From a virus: a stretch of DNA of 39,292 nucleotides. The position numbers and the translations under genes were made by a program. The stretch lies in the IMG/VR virus record IMGVR_UViG_3300045988_171586. One strand, written 5' to 3'. Shown piece by piece: positions 36,113 through 39,292 of the stretch. The notes below the pieces were generated by a model. It saw only the letters and a program-made list of their open reading frames with translations, had not been told where the DNA came from and did no database searches. Position 1 is the first letter of the stretch. Each line of letters starts with the position of its first letter.

Positions 36113-36470
36113 CTTTACTTTCCCCTTTGTCCATTTCTTCAATTTTATTTTCAATAAGCTCTTTTAATGTATTCGTACATTTTTCGAACTCATTTGTTGC
36201 TGATTTATAAATATCCTTTACTTGTTTTTCTGAAATACCGTATGCTTCACTTAAGAAATCACTTCCGCTACTTCCTAATCCTGCCTTCATTTCAAGGGCA
36301 AGATTGTCATCTTCATCATAGTAAACTGTAGATAGCAATCTGATAATGTTCAATTCAGGCTTTTCTTTAGGCCCAAAAATTAAATCCTTTCCACTGATTT
36401 TTGCTACTTCAATATCTTTTGCACCCGCATCTTTAGCAGCTTGAATAATACTTTCTAGAAACTTATCCAT
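36096..36470 (-). CDS. Hypothetical acidic protein, 124 aa.
   Basis: A clean ORF with the RBS GAGGGAG 7 nt upstream of the ATG at 36470. Confidence 0.5.
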   Translation of the reverse strand: MDKFLESIIQAAKDAGAKDIEVAKISGKDLIFGPKEKPELNIIRLLSTVYYDEDDNLALEMKAGLGSSGSDFLSEAYGISEKQVKDIYKSATNEFEKCTNTLKELIENKIEEMDKGESKDVSED

Positions 36471-36472
36471 TT

Positions 36473-37012
36473 TTATTTCTCCCTCTTGATGTATATTTCT
36501 TTGTACTTGACACCAAAGCTGTTACTTTGATGTTCCACCCATACGTCAATGACATTATTTTTAACTGCTCCTCCACAATCTTCAGCCACGTAAATTTGGC
36601 CATCAATCATGATTTCACTTCCATATGGGATTATTTTAGGGTCTACAGCGATTGTATGATTGACTTGAGCTCTAACTCCTGTAGCGGTTAGATCTCCATA
36701 CTCATCTTCTCCGTACCAATATGCGGTAATTCTAAAGACCCCTAGAGCTTTTCATTTAGAAAGCTCTTCAACTTCTTTTTGTAGTTGGTCCTTTTCAACT
36801 GCAATACACTCGTACATTGCTTTGTACTTTGTATATTCTTGAAGCTGACCTTGCATATCATTGAGTTCATCCTTGTACAACTCAATTTGTTTACTTTGTT
36901 CTTCATACTTTGCTTCTACTGATTTAGCCTGAGCATAACCAGTTCCTGCAAAGATTAAACTTGCTACACAAGCACCAAACAATGTAACCTGTGCTTTTTG
37001 AGTTAATCTCAT
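36473..37012 (-). pseudogene. 3D-domain (YuiC/MltA-like) secreted protein gene interrupted by a single in-frame TGA at 36752..36754. The upstream part (36752..37012) encodes a signal peptide plus coiled-coil. The downstream part (36476..36751) encodes an intact 3D domain.
   Basis: In the same frame as the 86-aa ORF and directly after its TGA, the sequence reads KALGVFRITAYWYGEDEYGDLTATGVRAQVNHTIAVDPKIIPYGSEIMIDGQIYVAEDCGGAVKNNVIDVWVEH.... This is the canonical 3D-domain pattern (DP..IP.G...YVAED.GGA.K.N.ID.W). There is no ATG between the TGA and the domain. Confidence 0.6.
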
Positions 37013-37031
37013 ATTGCAAATCCTCCTGATT

Positions 37032-37313
37032 TTATTTATAATTTGGTTGGTTATGTTGTGTGTCCTTTATAAGGGCACTTTTTTCATTTAAAGAATTAAG
37101 CAATGCAATAATCAACTCTTCGCTAGGACTTTTATTGAAATGATTCATATAATCCTCAAATGCTTTTCTAGGAATATGTACATTTCTTCTCTTCCCTGAA
37201 GCATCAACACTTCCAGGAAATGTACCTTGTTGGATAGCATTGATTATGAACTCCCTGCTTTTGTGAGTTACCTTCATTACTTCTTCAATTGAAATATTGA
37301 ATTCATCATTCAT
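37032..37313 (-). CDS. HTH_17/excisionase-like DNA-binding protein. The likely start is the ATG at 37313, because the ORF-track start at 37352 is a GTG.
   Basis: ISIEEVMKVTHKSREFIINAIQQGTFPG....HIPRKAFEDYM matches an Xis/MerR-like HTH_17. The RBS GGGGTG lies 7 nt before the ATG at 37313. Confidence 0.5.
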   Translation of the reverse strand: MNDEFNISIEEVMKVTHKSREFIINAIQQGTFPGSVDASGKRRNVHIPRKAFEDYMNHFNKSPSEELIIALLNSLNEKSALIKDTQHNQPNYK

Positions 37314-37496
37314 GATCATCACCCCTTGTAATAACAATGTAGTATTCTTCACATTCTAGAAGTCCTTTGCCTACTGTCTTTGTAAAGAGCTTTGCTTTTA
37401 GATCAGTATCTTTAAATGATGTTTGATTCATTTCATTAATAATACGTTTAGCGTACTCACTATCACCATACCAAGGAATTTTTACAGGCTTTACCA
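37306..37496 (-). CDS. Hypothetical protein, 63 aa. The start is corrected to the ATG at 37496.
   Basis: The RBS AGGAGGTG lies 8 nt upstream of ATG GTA AAG (MVKPVKIPWYG...). The upstream Met in the ORF track lies inside the RBS. Confidence 0.5.
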
Positions 37497-37603
37497 TGTT
37501 TTTTTCACCTCCTTTCAAAGTAATGTTCTAACTAAAATAGCTAAGCAATCGGCAACAAAACAACATGCAACGATAGTCGTCACTAATCCTCTTGTTGATA
37601 GTT

Positions 37604-37756
37604 TCATATTTTTGTACCTTCCCTTCTGTTTTGAACTAAACGATTTGCTAATTCATACCAGCTTTTTCTATACCAGTTACGATCTCTTGCTAAATAGATG
37701 CAAACGATAACAAGTAATAAATTAGCTAGAATTGAAATACTTAATATCCATTCCAT
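37604..37756 (-). CDS. Small single-transmembrane protein, ~50 aa, starting MEWILSISILANLLLVIVCIYLA.
   Basis: The RBS AAGGGAG lies 8 nt upstream of the internal ATG at 37756. A hydrophobic helix is followed by a basic tail. Confidence 0.4.
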   Translation of the reverse strand: MEWILSISILANLLLVIVCIYLARDRNWYRKSWYELANRLVQNRREGTKI

Positions 37757-38015
37757 AAATTTTCTCCCTTCTACTACTGACCACCAAGGAACCAACCTCT
37801 TTACAAACGAAAACTTATCGTATAAAAAGTAAATTAGTTATTGGAAGTATCTTATATGATCATTAATTTTAGGATTCAATAAAAATGGGTTAGAGATTGG
37901 CTCCTTGATGATCAGTAATTTATTTAATTTTTTTCGACATCCTTCATCTCTTTCTTTATAATTAAGTTATCGGTACGGCAATATCGAAATTTAATTAAAA
38001 AGTGAGGTGAAAATA

Positions 38016-38393
38016 ATGCGTTTAAATAATGACTGTGTACGTGATTTACTTTTAGCTATTGAAGAAAATGTAGGTCTTAAAGAATACATGTCCATTGATA
38101 GCCTACAATTAAAAAGCTATTCTCAAGATGATTTGCAATATACCGCATTAAAACTAGAAGAAGCTGGATATATAAATGCAAAAGTTTCTAAATATCTTGA
38201 TGGCTCAATGGATATTTACATTTTTTCTTTAACTTGGAACGGTCATAAATTTTTAGATAATATCCGTGATAATAATGTTTGGAGTAAAACTAAAGGAATT
38301 GTTTCTAAATTTGCATCCGTTTCCCTTGATGTACTTGAAAAAGTAGCAGCACAAGTAATCACCAACATGATTTCTCAACAAATTGGACAGTAG
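38016..38393 (+). CDS. DUF2513-like hypothetical protein, 125 aa. The start is corrected to the ATG at 38016.
   Basis: The RBS GAGGTG lies 7 nt upstream. The N-terminus reads RLNNDCVRDLLLAIEEN.... It is the only + strand gene inside the - strand early region. Confidence 0.5.
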   Translation: MRLNNDCVRDLLLAIEENVGLKEYMSIDSLQLKSYSQDDLQYTALKLEEAGYINAKVSKYLDGSMDIYIFSLTWNGHKFLDNIRDNNVWSKTKGIVSKFASVSLDVLEKVAAQVITNMISQQIGQ

Positions 38394-38414
38394 TTTCTAC
38401 TGTTCTTTTGTTTT
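38387..38414 (+). terminator. Rho-independent terminator for the + strand gene ending at 38393.
   Basis: A 7-bp stem ACAGTAG/CTACTGT with a 3-nt loop is followed by TCTTTTGTTTT. Confidence 0.5.
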
Positions 38415-38567
38415 GATATCACAAAAAAATGATAATGTAACCTTTGAAGCACAATTGATTGATTTCTCAATTTTTAGATTAGCTATTGCTTTAATCTCAA
38501 CACCATCAACAAAGACACGATACTTATCATTATCGATTTCAACTTGAACATTATTAATTTTTTCCAT
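38397..38567 (-). CDS. Possible small ORF, 56 aa, immediately downstream of cro.
   Basis: The RBS AGGAGGG lies 7 nt upstream of the ATG at 38567. It reads MEKINNVQVEIDNDKYRVFVDGVEIKAIANLKIEKSINCASKVTLSFFCDIKTKEQ. Confidence 0.35.
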   Translation of the reverse strand: MEKINNVQVEIDNDKYRVFVDGVEIKAIANLKIEKSINCASKVTLSFFCDIKTKEQ

Positions 38568-38578
38568 CCTATGCCCTC

Positions 38579-38809
38579 CTATTTTTGAATGTGTTCTACA
38601 TTTTGTAGATTAGATTCTAAAAAAATAATATCATTTATGGAAACATTAAGAATATTTGCTAGTTTATATGCTTCTTCCATAGTAATATTTTGAGGTTTTT
38701 CTTCCATTTTTGCATAAGTATTTCTATGACACCCCAATTGATTTGCCATATATTCTTGGGAATACCCTCTAGCTCTTCTAATTTCATCAAGCTTCATTCT
38801 TGTACTCAT
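38579..38809 (-). CDS. cro: Cro-like XRE-family HTH repressor, 76 aa, transcribed divergently from cI.
   Basis: The HTH is EYMANQLGCHRNTYAKMEEKP. The RBS AGGAGG is 7 nt upstream. A consensus promoter has an operator in its spacer. Confidence 0.8.
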   Translation of the reverse strand: MSTRMKLDEIRRARGYSQEYMANQLGCHRNTYAKMEEKPQNITMEEAYKLANILNVSINDIIFLESNLQNVEHIQK

Positions 38810-38954
38810 CTTACCGCCTCCTTTCGCTTATCATTCTATCCTACATTTTGTAGATTGTCAATTAAAATATGCAATTTGTTGAATATTTTTTCTAATTTGC
38901 TTTATTTATTCTACAAATTGCATTATAATTATAGCGAAAAGAGGTGTTAATAAT
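38810..38954. promoter_or_regulatory. cI-cro switch region with divergent promoters and operator palindromes.
   Basis: P(cro) on the - strand has -35 TTGACA (38856..38861), a 17-nt spacer containing the palindrome CTACA-N3-TGTAG (38841..38853), and -10 TAGAAT (38833..38838). Towards cI there is a TATAAT at 38924..38929. The inverted pair TGCAATTTG (38870..38878) / CAAATTGCA (38914..38922) is present. The cI RBS is GAGGTG. Confidence 0.6.
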
Positions 38955-39292
38955 ATGAAAACACAATTTGGTACAATTGTTAAACAATTGCGTGAAAGAA
39001 AAGGTATGGACCAAAAAGAATTAGGTGAAGTTGTTGGTGTCAGCGATAAAACTGTTTCTTCATGGGAAATCAATAGAACTGAACCTAAAATGGGAATTGT
39101 TCAACAACTTGCTGACTATTTCGGTGTTTCAACGGATTATCTTATAAAAGGAAACCAAGATGATGTTATATATGAATCAAGTAATATAGGATATACACGT
39201 GTTCCCCTCTACGAAGCTATCTGTTGTGGAAATGGCGGATTTGTAGATGAAAATATCATTGATATGATACCTGTACCTAGTAAAGGATTAAA
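38955..39292 (+). CDS. CI-like prophage repressor, N-terminal HTH (XRE-family) part. The gene runs off the window end and continues at nt 2 through the 99-nt terminal duplication. Full product about 212 aa.
   Basis: ATG at 38955 is preceded by GAGGTG. The HTH motif is QKELGEVVGVSDKTVSSWE. The reading frame is continuous with ORF 71..400, because 39194..39292 is identical to 1..99. Confidence 0.85.
   Translation, partial: MKTQFGTIVKQLRERKGMDQKELGEVVGVSDKTVSSWEINRTEPKMGIVQQLADYFGVSTDYLIKGNQDDVIYESSNIGYTRVPLYEAICCGNGGFVDENIIDMIPVPSKGL

Noticed and set aside
36752-36754. An alternative genetic code (UGA = Trp, Mollicutes-type) as an explanation for the in-frame TGA in the 3D-domain gene.
   Set aside because: All other long genes (905-aa tape measure, 750-aa primase and others) are intact under the standard code and use TGA as a terminator. 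Selenocysteine is also unlikely, because no SECIS-like hairpin follows.
1-39292. CRISPR arrays, insertion sequences, transposases or DGR/invertase host-range switches.
   Set aside because: No spaced direct repeats, no transposase or reverse-transcriptase-like ORFs, and no invertase gene were seen. The only repeat families are the attP arm sites, the 29.2-kb iterons and the operator palindromes.

Overview
This window is a complete temperate siphovirus genome of about 39.2 kb from a low-GC Firmicute (~30% GC). Nt 1..99 are repeated exactly at 39194..39292, so the unique circle is 39,193 bp. The CI-type repressor gene therefore runs off the window end and continues at nt 2. The + strand carries a lysogeny module: cI (38955..39292 joined to 1..400), two tightly coupled cargo genes (404..1735 and 1728..2411), a tyrosine integrase (2591..3742) and an attP-like region with arm-type repeats. 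Almost everything else is on the - strand, read from high to low coordinates. In that order: cro and early genes; a replication/recombination module (AAA_23 ATPase, AAA_24 Sak4-like, DUF669, SF2 helicase, primase-helicase, RusA); a MazG-like gene; a late activator; a tRNA-like element; then packaging (TerS, TerL, SPP1-type portal), head, tail and lysis genes. The head module is a MuF/gp7-like protein with a long C-terminal extension, a scaffold, a major capsid protein, and connectors. The tail module is a major tail protein, G/GT chaperones with a -1 frameshift, a tape measure, Dit/Tal-like proteins, collagen-like and other fibers, and three paralogous receptor-binding-like genes. The lysis module is a TcdE-type holin, a tandem DUF2829 protein, and an amidase_2-SH3 endolysin. 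Findings, in rough order of interest: (1) a cI-cotranscribed two-gene cassette (coiled-coil plus T5orf172/GIY-YIG protein and a membrane protein) in the repressor-integrase hotspot, a candidate defense or superinfection-exclusion system; (2) a tandem-DUF2829 (Tad2-like) protein inside the lysis cassette; (3) a 3D-domain gene interrupted by a single in-frame TGA; (4) a MuF protein with a ~290-aa C-terminal extension followed by a candidate immunity gene and small cargo genes; (5) a GC-rich island with 11-mer iterons (candidate ori); (6) a non-canonical tRNA-Lys(CUU)-like gene upstream of terS; (7) an 8-nt poly-G tract in a mini-ORF ahead of one of three tail-tip paralogs.
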